NCBI GenBank assembly: GCA_027604505.1 | Contig: JADIIX010000001.1 | Coordinates: 62,001-126,000 of the forward strand | Direction: 5' to 3' | DNA length: 64,000 nt | Origin: Gonapodya sp. JEL0774 | Lineage: Eukaryota | In this document: piece by piece, positions 51,608 to 63,457 of the stretch | Layout of the letters: each line of letters begins with the position of its first letter | How positions within the stretch are numbered: the first letter of the stretch is position 1 | Translations under genes and position numbers: made by a program | The notes under the pieces: generated by a model | What the model was told of the DNA's origin: nothing | What the model saw: only the letters and a program-made list of their open reading frames with translations | Database searches by the model: none

Positions 51608-52983
51608 GATTGCTATTCGACAATTCTTGCGGTTATTGGTGCTTTTCGATCAGCCTATGTAAAGACTCGACTCACTCCCCTTACATCTCGTTTCCCGTTC
51701 ATTTTTATGATCAATTGAACAATATCAGGATGCACAACCATTACATTTTGAGATGCTACCTACTCGTTCTAATCAGAGTTACCTTTGTGAGTGCCGTGCT
51801 TGAGCTGAAGCGACATCATATGTGGAGGTTCGAATTGACCGGTACGATTTTGCAGAAATTAATTGCACAGAAATTTCTGCATTCTCCAGCTCCAGGCCCA
51901 AAGCTGCTTTTGTGCTGGAGTTTTAGCGTCGTGAAACAAAGTACTGATGATCCTGTCATTCATTTATTTCAGGGTGCCGCCAAGAGTTCCCTCCCTATGA
52001 TAATTATCTGTGCGTGTCCGGTGCATGTCTTGCATCAGGGTAGGAGTTCTTTTACAACCGACATGTGTGAAAATGGGTCCGGTTTTTGTGGGGCCAGGCA
52101 TGACATGTCGTGACCTATATGTATCCACACCAAATTCACGTTCCCAGCATGCACCACAACGGAGCCCAACGAGGACATTCAGCATTACATTTTAGGCTTC
52201 CGTGCTAGACGGTGACAGTGATGTGACTGATGGTATTCGCTCCGTTGGTGACGGATGTGGTGACGGATGTGGTGGGTGGTGCCACAAAGCCAGCCAGCAA
52301 ACCATAAATCAAGAAGTACACTTTGCACTCGTCACAGCACTGCCGAACCAGCCTACCGTTATAAATTGGATATCCGCTTGTGAGACATTCGCACAGTGTC
52401 CACATTCCGGCGGCCCCCACACGAACCCTTGGCAAGTCCAACTCAGAAATCCCCACTCATTTGTCAGTCTAATGCTCTGATGTACACATCTCCACGCAAC
52501 TGCGGACATTTTACAATCACCATGTCATTTAATGCCCGAGTGCGGACTATCTACATGGAACTGCAGTACTTAGCCTAAGTAGGACGATGGCTAATGAATT
52601 AACGTGATGTATATAAGGGCCTCTGCAATCTCGTAACACAAAATTGCATTTGCAGAGTAGAGAATACACGACTCAGCGGGTGAGGAGCCGGGAGCCCACG
52701 GCACCTGTGAACCTCTGTGGATGGCTTACCCGGATCTCATGGTGAAACGAATTCACACGATTGGCTATCTCAACCTCGGAATCGTCTTTCCGGAACCAAC
52801 GTTGCATTATATTACTTTCCCCCCCCATCTACGGAATTTCGAAACATTCCCAAACAGGCAAACAGGTGTCGGGGGACACCGCCCCTGGACACGATTGAAA
52901 CACGTAGCAAAACGGAGGCTACGTCCGGGGAAAATACCGAACAAAATACCCATACTTCGCAGCAGTTGTAGAGAAAATTGAAA

Positions 52984-54269
52984 ATGCAAACCAAAGGTTG
53001 GAGGTGTTCTTTCTACGATCACGTACCTTCATTCTCAACTCGGTTACAACGCGCAAAGCTCTGTCGGTGCTGGCCCCAAGGGCCCTCAGGACCATCAGCC
53101 GAAACCAACACAATACTGTCTTACCCGCCGTATCTGCTACAGCAATCAGAGCCGTCTCCTCTAATGCAGCGCTTGATGTTCCGAACTCTGCAGTGGAGTA
53201 CTTGCCAGGAAAATCGAGATCTGGTGAGACGAGTTTCGGATTGATGGAGAACTGGTAGCAGACTAGAATGTTAAGTGAGATATCACGGATGCATGTAGAT
53301 GCTGTTGTCGCGAAACTGGATGATCTGATGAACTGGATTCGTCGTGGATCAATGTGGCCCATGTGAGTACGCTTGCTTGTGGTATCTGGATGGTTTCGTA
53401 GTATGTGATTGCGGATGTCTTTGCAGGACTTTTGGTCTGGCATGCTGTGGTGTGGAGGTTGGTGATTGTTATCTCGACCTGTATTTATCTTGGTACGGCG
53501 ATTCACGAAGCGCGACCACCATCACAAAATCAAGATGATGCATATGGTAAGCCTTTGTGCGATCACTTTTTATGGAAGGAGAGTCGTTAGTCCCCAGAGA
53601 TCTTACCTACATCCGCGCCCCGCAGTATGCGGCCCGATACGAGTAAGCATCGCACGCGCGAACGAATGTTTTCACTACCAAAAACTGGACTTACGACTCG
53701 GGCTCCTCGCCTACTAGCCCCGACAGAGTGGGCATGTTTCCAAGAGCCAGCCCCCGCCAGGCAGAAGTGATGATCGTGGCCGGAACTCTGACCAATAAAA
53801 TGGCTCCTGCTCTGCGCAAGCTGTATGATCAGGTGCGTCAAAACAGATGACAACAGAGATTATAATCGTCAATTTTCTTACACCTCTTCACTGACCACTG
53901 CTCCAAGATGCCCGAGCCGCGTTGGGTCATCTCGATGGGTTCTTGTGCAAACGGTGGCGGCTACTACCACTACTCCTGTGAGTACACGCGCCACACTCTA
54001 TCAAGTCGTGTTCTATCTTTGAAGTTGCACCCTCATTGCAGATGCTGTCGTGAGAGGGTGTAACCGCATCGTCCCGGTCGATGTTTACGTCCCGGGATGC
54101 CCCCCAACGGCTGAGGCACTCATGTACGGTGTTCTGCTACTGCACAAGAAGATCAAGAGGAGCAAGGTGGTGGAGATGTGGTGGAGGTAGGTTGGTCAGA
54201 GAAAAAGAAGTCAGAGAGAGTATCCGGTACCGACAATTTCTGATCGGCTTCAACAACTACAGGAAGTGA
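52984..54269 (+). CDS. NDUFS7: NADH:ubiquinone oxidoreductase PSST/20-kDa subunit, many micro-exons
   Basis: [90 protein letters not shown]. Confidence 0.96.
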
Positions 54270-54494
54270 AGGCAGAGAAGAATAATGGAGATCAGAGACC
54301 AATGTCCCACTTAGCGTGCAGTAGTGTGCCTCTATAATTACGATATTAAAATTGAATGCGCTCGATCTATGCAATTCTCAATGCTTGTTGTGAGCTTCAT
54401 CGAAACATCCTCTTCCATCCTCAAAATTCTCCAACGATATATCTGAAATTCTAATCCCTCTGTTGAATGTAGTCCCGCTCCTAAGCACATCCGC

Positions 54495-57400
54495 TCAATC
54501 GAAGCTGATGCCGTTCCTCTGCACCCAAACGAACACCGACAAACTGATCACGAGCATGCTGACCACAATACCTGATTCCAAAAGATTTGAGAACGATAAT
54601 TTGAGAGACGAAAAAAGAAAGGTGCAAGAGGGAAGGATTGTGTGTGAATGCGTGGCGCAAAATGCGGTGGTGAAACCACAACCACACTCACCAATGAACG
54701 CCCAATACGGCTCATCTGGCTCGCCCGTTCCCTGCCACGGAACGTGGACCTAAAGTTTCCACGGGAGAGGTGAACACCATGAGCACGATGGATTTGTCAA
54801 GACGAGGTTCACAAGTGGGTTCCGGGTGCTCACGTTCATGCCCCAGAGACCTGTGATGACGTTCAGTGGGACGAGAATACTGGCCAATGCAGTCATCTGT
54901 GTAGGAAAGTCAGCGTTCAGTTCAAATAAGAAGGAAAAAAACTTGACACAGATGACCGCACCCCCTTCCGCATCGTCCCACGCCCAATCGCTCTGGCAGA
55001 CTAAGCACCGCCACCTACCTTCATCACCACATCGTTCGTCTTATTACTACTCTGCGTGATCTCTATGCTGATCATCGCCAGGTAATTCGAGTGACTGCGC
55101 GCCAGGGTCTTTTCGTGGTGCTCCAGGTTCTGCATGGACGTCAGCACGTGGTCTTGAATGTCACCCAAGTAGAGAGACACTTCGGGATGCGCGAATCGGG
55201 GACGCGCGCGCTTGGAAAGGGTGCGAAGGACGTCGGACTTGCCAGAGAGGAGACGGAGGAGGAGAGAGAGTTTCTTCCGGGACGCGCCTGGTGAGTAGGT
55301 GAAGCGTGGATGGTGTCGGGGATACAGTGTGCGTGGGCAGAAGCACATTTCGAAGGGTTTTTCATCAGCTCACCGATCCGTCTCAACATGTCGGTTTGCT
55401 CGCTCTCCCTCAAGATCAACACCAGATCGTCGATGCTTTCCACCTCAAACTCTACACCTCGCAACACCGGGGCAAAAGAGTCCACCACGTCATCGATCAG
55501 GGCGTAGTTGATCCAGTCTTGGGGCGGGACAGGACATGCAACAACATGAAAGTGAAAAAAAAAAAAAAAAATCAGAAAAAATAAAGACATAACAAGGAAA
55601 GGAGAACTAGTTCAGACTTCAACAGGACGTTTCGGCCACGCCGAGTGCCCGGGTCTCTCCATAATCCCCTCACCTGGGTTTATCTGCATCCCGTACATCT
55701 TGAGCTGCTCCATCCGCCTCACCACGTTACGCGGGTGTGACAGCGCGCTCCTGTGGAACTTTATGGATCGAGCGAAAAGGAAAAGGAAACCCCCGATATA
55801 CGGTTCAGCACGGTCAATGCTCATGGCTCACGGCTTCCGTCCACCCCACCCCGCCCCAGTGAACCGGGTTCTTTTATCGTTCACCGCGATCGGGGGTGCG
55901 ACGGCGAAAAAAAACTCACGGACAGGACCCAATCCTTCCCCACGAGGATCTCCATGTTGACTGGTTGGAGGTAGTTGAGCGAGTACTCGTCTGGGTCGAA
56001 CGTGCGCATCACGCTTGTGGTAGAAACGGGGAACGAGAGCGGGTTTGTGTCGCCGTCAGCACGAACCAGAACCAGCGACCACGCGGGAGGGACCAATCAG
56101 CAAGCACATCACACAAACAAAAAGTGAAAGGAAGGAAAGAAGAAAATACACACACAAAAAAAAAAAAACTCACATGAAGTAATAATTAACATACATCTCA
56201 CACTTCTCCCTCGACTCCGCGTCTTCCGAGAGTACGTCTTCGGCCGTGAGGGGATGGATCGAAAAGATCTGGGGACGGGGCCCGGTGCCCGGGGGAGGGG
56301 GGAACGGCGGTTGGTCGGTGGGTGAGGCAACGGGTTGACAATACAGAGCTGGGACGAAAACAAGAACAACCACTTGACATCCGGCACGGCAGAGGCGTGA
56401 TCCAATGTGGTTCACCCTCACGCACATACACGTGGCCCTGTCCCACTTAGCCTAACCTCCCCTCCCCCCCACCTCCCCCGGATCCCAACCCCACCTTTCC
56501 AAACCCCGCCATCTCCTCCTCCGTCACCCCCTCCACATCGATCCAGAACCACCCACGCGTCATAGCCGCAACAAACGCTTCTTCTGCTGGTTCGTGTGCG
56601 TCGTCTCCCTTTTCCTTGTCCTGTCCCTGTCCCTGTCCCTGTCCCTCCGCCCCACCGCCCCCGGCCCGCCACCCGCCACCCCCAAACTCCAGCCCCGCAA
56701 ACGTCGAGGCAGACACGAGACCAGTGGCCGCGGAATAGAACGACACCCGCGGTCGGTGGGCGGTGGGGGGGGTCCCCGCAGACCCGTACCCGTACCCGTA
56801 CCCGTTGCCGTTGCCGTTGCCATTCCCGAGCCCGTACCCGCCGCGGGGGACCGAGTAGGGACTCGAGGGTGGCTTTCCGTTTTCGAGCCCCGCACTCGCA
56901 CTCGCAGCCGCCGCCGCCGCCGCCGCAGCCGCCGCGGCCCGTCCCGTCCTGACCATGTCCCGCACCGCGTCCAGGTCGGTTTCGAAACTGGGCACTAGTC
57001 CGCCGGCCCCATCGCTTTCCACGCCGACGCCAACGCCGACGCCGACGTGCACGCCGGTGCCGTCGCCGGTGACGTCTACGTAGCCGTAGCCGTAGCTGTC
57101 CCCATAGCCGTCCCCGTCGACGTCGCTTTCCATTGCTGTTCTGGGTGCGGTGGTGGTCGCGGTGCCGGTGCCGGCGGCGTTTGCGTTGGCCCGCCGTCCC
57201 CTGTGCCCCCTCGGGCCCCCCTCCATCTCCATCTCCCACGCGTCCCCGTACCCGTACCCGAACCCATCGTCGTCGTCGTGGGGTCGTGGGGAACGGGAGA
57301 CCCTGCGGTACGCTCGGTCTCGGTCGACGCTCGAGTCCAGGTCCCGGTCCAGGTCCAGGTCCCGGTCCCGGTCCCGGTGCCAGTGCCTGTCACGCTGCAC

Positions 57401-58762
57401 CTCCAACTGGTACCCCCACTCACGCCGGTCCCCCTGCACGTCCCATGCGTGCATATCCCTTTCCCGCACACCGACACCAACACCCACACCCACATCCACC
57501 ACACCTCGTCCGCGTCCGCGTCCGCGTCCCCGGGCCCGCCCCCGTACGCCCCCTCTCCCTCCCCCCCCATACTCGCCGCGTGGAGAGGTCCTCCCCGGAG
57601 GTGGTTGCGCGGCAGGAGTGGGGGTGGGAGATGGAGATGGAGACGAGGATGTGGAGGGTGGTGGGGGTGGAGAGCGCGCAGCAGGTGGCAGAGTGGGCCG
57701 TGGCCGGGTGGAGGAGGTGGTGGTGGCAGGTTCGGGTGCGTCGTCGTTGTCTTTGTCCGTGGGCGCCCCCACCGCGCTGGTCACGTGCGTACCTCCAGCG
57801 GGCGTAACGTGTGCCTGTGCGTCGGTGTGTGTGGGCCCGTGTCCCGCCACCACCACGGCCGCTGGCGGTGCGTCTCGTCCACCGACAGCACCAGCACCGG
57901 CACCTCCTCCACCCCCCGCAGCTCCCGCAGCACCCGCGGCGCCTCCAGAACCCCCCGCCACCGGGCCACCGCCCTCCCTCTCCCTCTCCCTCTCCGTGTC
58001 CACCATACCCATGTACATCCCCACGCCCATACCCACGCCCATACCCGTGCCCATGCCCATGCCCATCCCCACGGACGACTTTCGCCGCTGGCGGAACGGT
58101 TCGAGCTGTGCCAGGGGGTCTGTGGAAGCTGATGGTGGTGAGGAGGATAAGGATGTGGCTGTGGCGGGGGTGGGGGCGAGGGGGGGGGGGAGGGATGGGA
58201 AGGAAGGGGAGGAAGGGAGGGTGGGTGGGAAAAAGGACACCGGGGAGGAGTGGAGGTGGGGGTGGTGGTGCGTGGTGCGGGGAGGGTGGGGTTGGGGGTG
58301 GGTGTGGGGGTGCGGGTGCGGGTGTGGTGGACTTGAATGGGAAGGGGGGGACCCGGACGTGGGCACGGACATGGACATTGAGAGGGGAAGCAAGGGGTCT
58401 GTGGACGATGCGGAGACGGCCGAGAGAGTTGCGAGGGATGTGGCGGAGAGGGCGGGTGTGTGTGCGTTGGTGTGGGTGTGGACGTAGGCGTGTGGGGAGG
58501 GGAACGACGGGGCAGAGTGAGCGTGGGAGTAGGCGTGTGGGGAGTGCGAGTGTGGAGACGGGGGAGGAAGAGGGAGAGGTGGATGTGGAGGAGGTGACGA
58601 GTGATGTGCCGGTGCGGTGTTGGTCCTTCCCACTCCCACGCCCACGGCCACACCGACGCCCAGTCCGGTGTCGGTCCCCGTCCCCGTCCCGTTCATCAGA
58701 GCCACTCCCGGGCCATAATGGGAGGAGGAGGTGGTGGAGGAGATGGAGTTGGAGGTGGGCAT
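54495..58762 (-). CDS. ALR1: CorA/Alr1-family Mg2+ transporter with very long low-complexity N-terminus, spliced
   Basis: WFWIDV, IHPLTAEDV..REKCE, DWINYALIDDVVDSF, EQTDMLRRIG, LYLGDIQDH, LARSHSNYLA, GLWGMN|V.VP. Confidence 0.92.
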
Positions 58763-59724
58763 CGAGGGTCGTGGGGGAACTATGGAGGTGCGCCAAGAAA
58801 CCCGAAAACCCGAAACCCGAAGTCCGAAGCCCGACCGGCGGTTTGGTTCTGCAACGAGTGCGCGGATTTTCTTTATAAGTACTTGGTAGAGGGAAGTAAA
58901 AAGTCCGCCCTCCCGCCGCCCGGGCACCGGGGACCGGGGTCCCTGGATCCGAGGTCGTTGAGACAAAAGTCCCCAACGTGCATCACACGTACATACCACC
59001 GTGTTTCCACCAACCCAACCCTCACGCGTTCCTCGTTGTTTGGGTTGGTTCCTCGGTCCGTCACTGATGGTTTGTGCCTGTGCTTGTGCTTGTGTCTGGT
59101 ACTGTATGGTATCGTTATTGGTACGGTATTGTGTGCGTGCTGTGGTGCCGTTTGGCTGGTTCCTCCTCACAAAACCGAAACGAGCCTCTGGACCGACCCC
59201 GACCGCCCCAGAAACCTCAGACCACAGACTGGAAATAGGACATGTCCTCTATATACATACATGTCTTCTATATACATAGAGCGGCACTTTATTTTTACTC
59301 TGGACTCGCTCTGGGGCGTCTCTTGACCAATCTGTATGTGGACTATTCTGGCGCCAATCAAATCAGCATAAAATTTGGAATTCAAATAAAAATGCTCTGT
59401 AATGGTGGTGTGTTTTGGGTGGAGGGTGGGGTGGGTGGGAAGGGGCGGAGGTGGCGTGTGCACCAAGGTCCCAAGGGAGTGCATGGTGACCCAGACATCC
59501 CCCGTTCATTGATTCCCGCCCATCGCAGGCATCGCCCCCATCGATTCCCGCGATTTCCCCGTTTTGTTTCGTCACTCGGTCCCCATTCGCCATTCCGCCC
59601 TTCCACCGCTTCCCTGCCTGCTCTTTCACGCTTCCCCGCCATCCCCATCCACCCAATCCCCATACCCACTTCCCCACTTCCCTACTTCCCCCCCCTCCGC
59701 ACCGTCCCACCCACCCCACCCGCA

Positions 59725-62700
59725 ATGACCGCCCAAGTCCACCTCTCATTCCCCGTCCTCAAAACTCCCGACGTCCTCCACTGCCTCTCAGACCTCGGTT
59801 TATCCTGTTCGGATGACGATCTCAAGAACCCGACTCCCTTGGGCGTACAACGCATCTACGAACAGTTGCTCGGGTACTTGTTGGGCGCAGCCGCCAGGGA
59901 TTTCTTTCCCGGGTCTGCAGGTCAGCCCGCTTTTCAGGTCTTGCAGCATTTGGATAACCCGGAATTGCACATGGACGCTTTGCAGGCTTTGGTGTTTTAT
60001 AAGCAGCTGTGAGTATTGAGCCGGCAGGAGGTGAGCGAAGCGAACCGGAGGCCGGCCCAGCGCGAGCGCCTCGCCCAAGCGTCAGCGACGGGCAGAGTCC
60101 GCCGGAGGCGATTGATTCCTCGCGGAGTGACCCTTCTCGCCCAAGCGTCAGCGACGGGCACAGTCCGCCGGAGGCGAATGATTCCTCGCGGAGTGACCCT
60201 TCTCGCCCAAGCGTCAGCGACGGGCACAGTCCGCCGGAGGCGAATGATTTCTCGCGGAGTGACCCTTCTCGCCCAAGCGTCAGCGACGGGCAGAGTCCGC
60301 CGGAGGCGATTGAACTTTGCGGTCCATATGGGTCGGTGACGGCCCATATGGACCAATTGACCCTTTGACCGGATTGCGGTCCATATGGTCCCGACTCGTG
60401 GACCTCGTGGATTTGAGACCGATCGACCGTGTGACTCGTGAACCACGTGGATTTGGGACCGTTTGACAGTTTGATTCATGGCCTATACGGACTTGTGACC
60501 CTTTGTGACTCATGTCCCTCCACCCCCTTCTCTCTTCCCCTCACTCCCAGTTCCAAAATCCTCCGCCGTGTCGGCTACCCCCTCTTCACCCTCCGCGACC
60601 TGCAACGACCCGACCCTCTCCCTTTACGCCGCGCCCTCTCGGCCCTCATCAACTTTGCAAAGTTTAGAGAGGAGAGACTAGGCATGTGGGAGGCCATGCA
60701 GGCCAAGGCGGTGGGTTCCAGTGCGGAGCGTGTTTATTTATCGAGATGAGGCGGGCCTTGCCCCCGCCCGCCGTGAGAGAGTGCGGACCAATATGTGACC
60801 AAATTTGACATTTCGCCCGAGGCAATCAATTCACACATTCGCGGTCCATATGGGGCGGATGGACCCAGGATGGACCATAACCATATGGACCAAAATTGAT
60901 CCGTTTGGATTTCTTTCATTGGACCTTTGTGCGAGCGTTGGCGAGATGGTGGTCTTTTTGTGGGGGGGGGGGGGGGTGGGAGCAGGGGGGGGTGGGGACA
61001 GTGGCCCCACGGGGGACCGCGGGGGGCAATGGGCAAGGGTGGGTGAGAGACAGNNNNNNNNNNCCCCCCCGGCCCGCCGGGCGCACCCCCCCGCCCCCCC
61101 CCGCACCACCCTCCATCAACCACCAGGAGGACCTCGACGACCAGCGTCTCATGACCGAGCAGAGGTTCCAGGCGCTCGAGGCCAGGGTGAACGCGCTGCG
61201 GTGAGTAGAGAGGACCTGGGGGGGGGGGCGGGGCAGAAGGAGTGGGCAGAGGGAGGAGGGAGGAGGGAGGAGGGAGGAGGGAGGAGGGAGGAGGTGGAGA
61301 GAGTGGTGTGTTGGCAGTGGGCAGTGGGCATGTCGCGGCCGAGAGGGCGGGAAAGGTGGGGTGACCCCTGACGCGTGACCAGTGTGACGGCCCTAAAACG
61401 GGCCAAAAACGGCAAGAAGCGCCAGTGGAAAGTGGAAAGTGAATAGTGGTGTCGGGGTCATGTAGGGAAAGATGTCGAGCGTGGTGGGGGTTGGGTGCCG
61501 ACGTAACTCTCTGCCACCAAAAACTCTCGAAACCTAATCCCCGTTTCCCAACCCCACCCCGCACCGCCCGCGCCCCCCCCACCCAGTCTCCTCCGCGCCG
61601 AACAAGAGCCCCTCCTAGAATCCGCCAAAGCCGAGAACATCTCCATCTCGGAAAAACTGACCCAATCCGGCCGGCAGCGGCGGGACCTCGAGTCGGAGAT
61701 CGACCGGATCCGCCTCGAGAGAAAAAAGGAGACGGAGCGGCAGGCCGAGACGGAGCAGAGGACGGCCCAGGTCAAGCAGGACGTGGCCAGGTTGAAGGGG
61801 AGGATCGTGGAGAATCCAGAGGGGTTGAGGAGGGTGGGTTGGGTGGTTTGGGTGGTGGGGGGTGGTGGGGGGTGAGGGGTGACGCGAGGGGCACCGGTTG
61901 CGTTGCGAGACGGTGATGGGTGACGCCTGCTTTGCTTCCTTTCCTTTCCGTCCCTTCCCCGACCCCCTTCCTTACCCCCCGGTGGCACACTCCCCCTTCT
62001 CTCCCCTCCTCCTCCACGTACCACCGGCGCCACCGCGTACCTTTTGCCCCTCGCCCCATCACAACCACCAGACCATCGTCGATATGACGGGGAGTCTTGC
62101 CGGGGAACGACTCGCGGTGGCGGAGAAGGAGAGGAAACTGAGGGAACTCAAGGCCAGGGCAGACGTGTTGGGGAGGTTTGAACAGGTGAGGGGAATCGGG
62201 GAGGCGGGGAGGGAAAGGGGGGCGGATGGTGGAGACTGTGTTGGTCTCGCGTTGTTGAGGTTCCGACAATTCCGCTCAAAACGCATGTGTCACTTTCCTC
62301 CTTCCCTCCTTCCCCTCCTCCCACTCGATCTGTTCCGGCTCCTCGCTTCAGGACCTCGACCGACTCCAACCGACGCTGGCCGAGCTGGAGAGCGAGCTCA
62401 AGCGGCTCAACGTCGCCCTGCGGGGGCCCACAGAGGCGCGCGAGGCCCTCGAGAGGGCGCAGGGGGAACTGAAGGACTTGGAAGCGAAGGGGATGGTGCG
62501 TGGGCGATGAGGGGAAGAGGGGGTGCGGTGCGCGGGAATGGGACGGGACTCGGTCCAGATTTTGCGCGACAGGCCATACCAAACATTGTGTGAGGGGGAA
62601 CTGGTGTCTGACCCGTCTTCGTCTCCTCCCACCCCCCACCCACCCCCGCATGATCCCGTCCCCTCCCTCCCGCAGCATCTGGCCCGCCAGGTCCAAGTAT

Positions 62701-63227
62701 CTCAAGAAAAGCTCACCCGTCTCACGCAACTCGCAGCCCAAAAGCGAAAAGGAGCCGCGGAGCGGGCCCGCCGGTCCAAGGAGGACTTGGAACTGCTGAG
62801 GAAGGATCGGAACGGGAGGGAGAAGGCCGCGCAGGAGGAGAAGAGGGAAGGGGATGAGTGGGCGAAAAAGGTGCGTGGGGTGGGGGCGGCCGAGATGGGG
62901 CAGGGGGAGGTTGGTCGTGGCCGAACGGAAGGGTGTGGTGGAGATGGTGGGGGGACATGTTATCTGACGCCTGTCTCTGTGTCTCCTACCCCCCTCGTCG
63001 CCATTCTATGCGCGCCATTGTTTTGCCCGTCATGGTGGCCGTTCCTCCTCCACCCGCACACACCATTTGCCCCTGCACGACGAACGCAGATCGAGCACCT
63101 CCGCGAGCAACACGGGACGCTCATGACCGCACTGGACTCGGAATACGCGCGACTCAAGGCGCAGCTGGAGACGTATGCGCGGGAAGTGGTGCAGGCGTGT
63201 GGAGGGCTGGAGGGGGAGTTGAGGTGA
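59725..63227 (+). CDS. NUF2: Kinetochore Ndc80-complex subunit Nuf2, 8 predicted exons
   Basis: FPVLK..DDLKNPT..IYE, FTLRDLQRPD..RRALSALINFAKFREER, then coiled coil. GT-AG introns at 60009-60550, 60711-61126, 61201-61586, 61834-62071, 62186-62351, 62496-62675, 62871-63089. Confidence 0.88.
60071..60313. repeat. 66-bp minisatellite, about 3.7 copies, in NUF2 intron 1
   Basis: Unit TCGCCCAAGCGTCAGCGACGGGCA(G/C)AGTCCGCCGGAGGCGA(T/A)TGATT(C/T)CTCGCGGAGTGACCCTTC. Confidence 0.95.
61054..61063. other. Assembly gap
   Basis: 10 N characters between G-runs and C-runs in NUF2 intron 2. Confidence 1.
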
Positions 63228-63457
63228 GCTGGGGAGGTCGCAGGAGCAGAGGGGAAACAGCGTGGGCGGGGACAGATGAACGAAGACGGGGTTTATGAGA
63301 GGGGTCTTTATTTAGTTTGGGATGGATTTTTACTGTAACAGTGAAGTATTTTGTTTCTTTGGGTTTTTTCTTGGAGGGGGTGGTGGTTATATGGGGGGTC
63401 ATGCAGTGTTCGCGGCTGTTTCTCTTGCACCTTCCCTACCCTCCTTTTAAATCTTTG

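Noticed and set aside
51900..52600. TG/CA-rich intergenic stretch with short ORFs and a 12-bp tandem duplication (GGTGACGGATGT)
   Set aside because: Could be a decayed repeat, but no termini, second copy or domain was found in the window.
57047..58976. Several long overlapping ORFs (290-518 aa) on both strands
   Set aside because: Shadow frames of the stop-poor, GC-rich repeat exon of ALR1; no domains recognised.
60071..60313. CRISPR-like appearance of regularly spaced repeats
   Set aside because: Units are contiguous and near-identical with no unique spacers, there are no cas genes, and the array lies in a eukaryotic intron.
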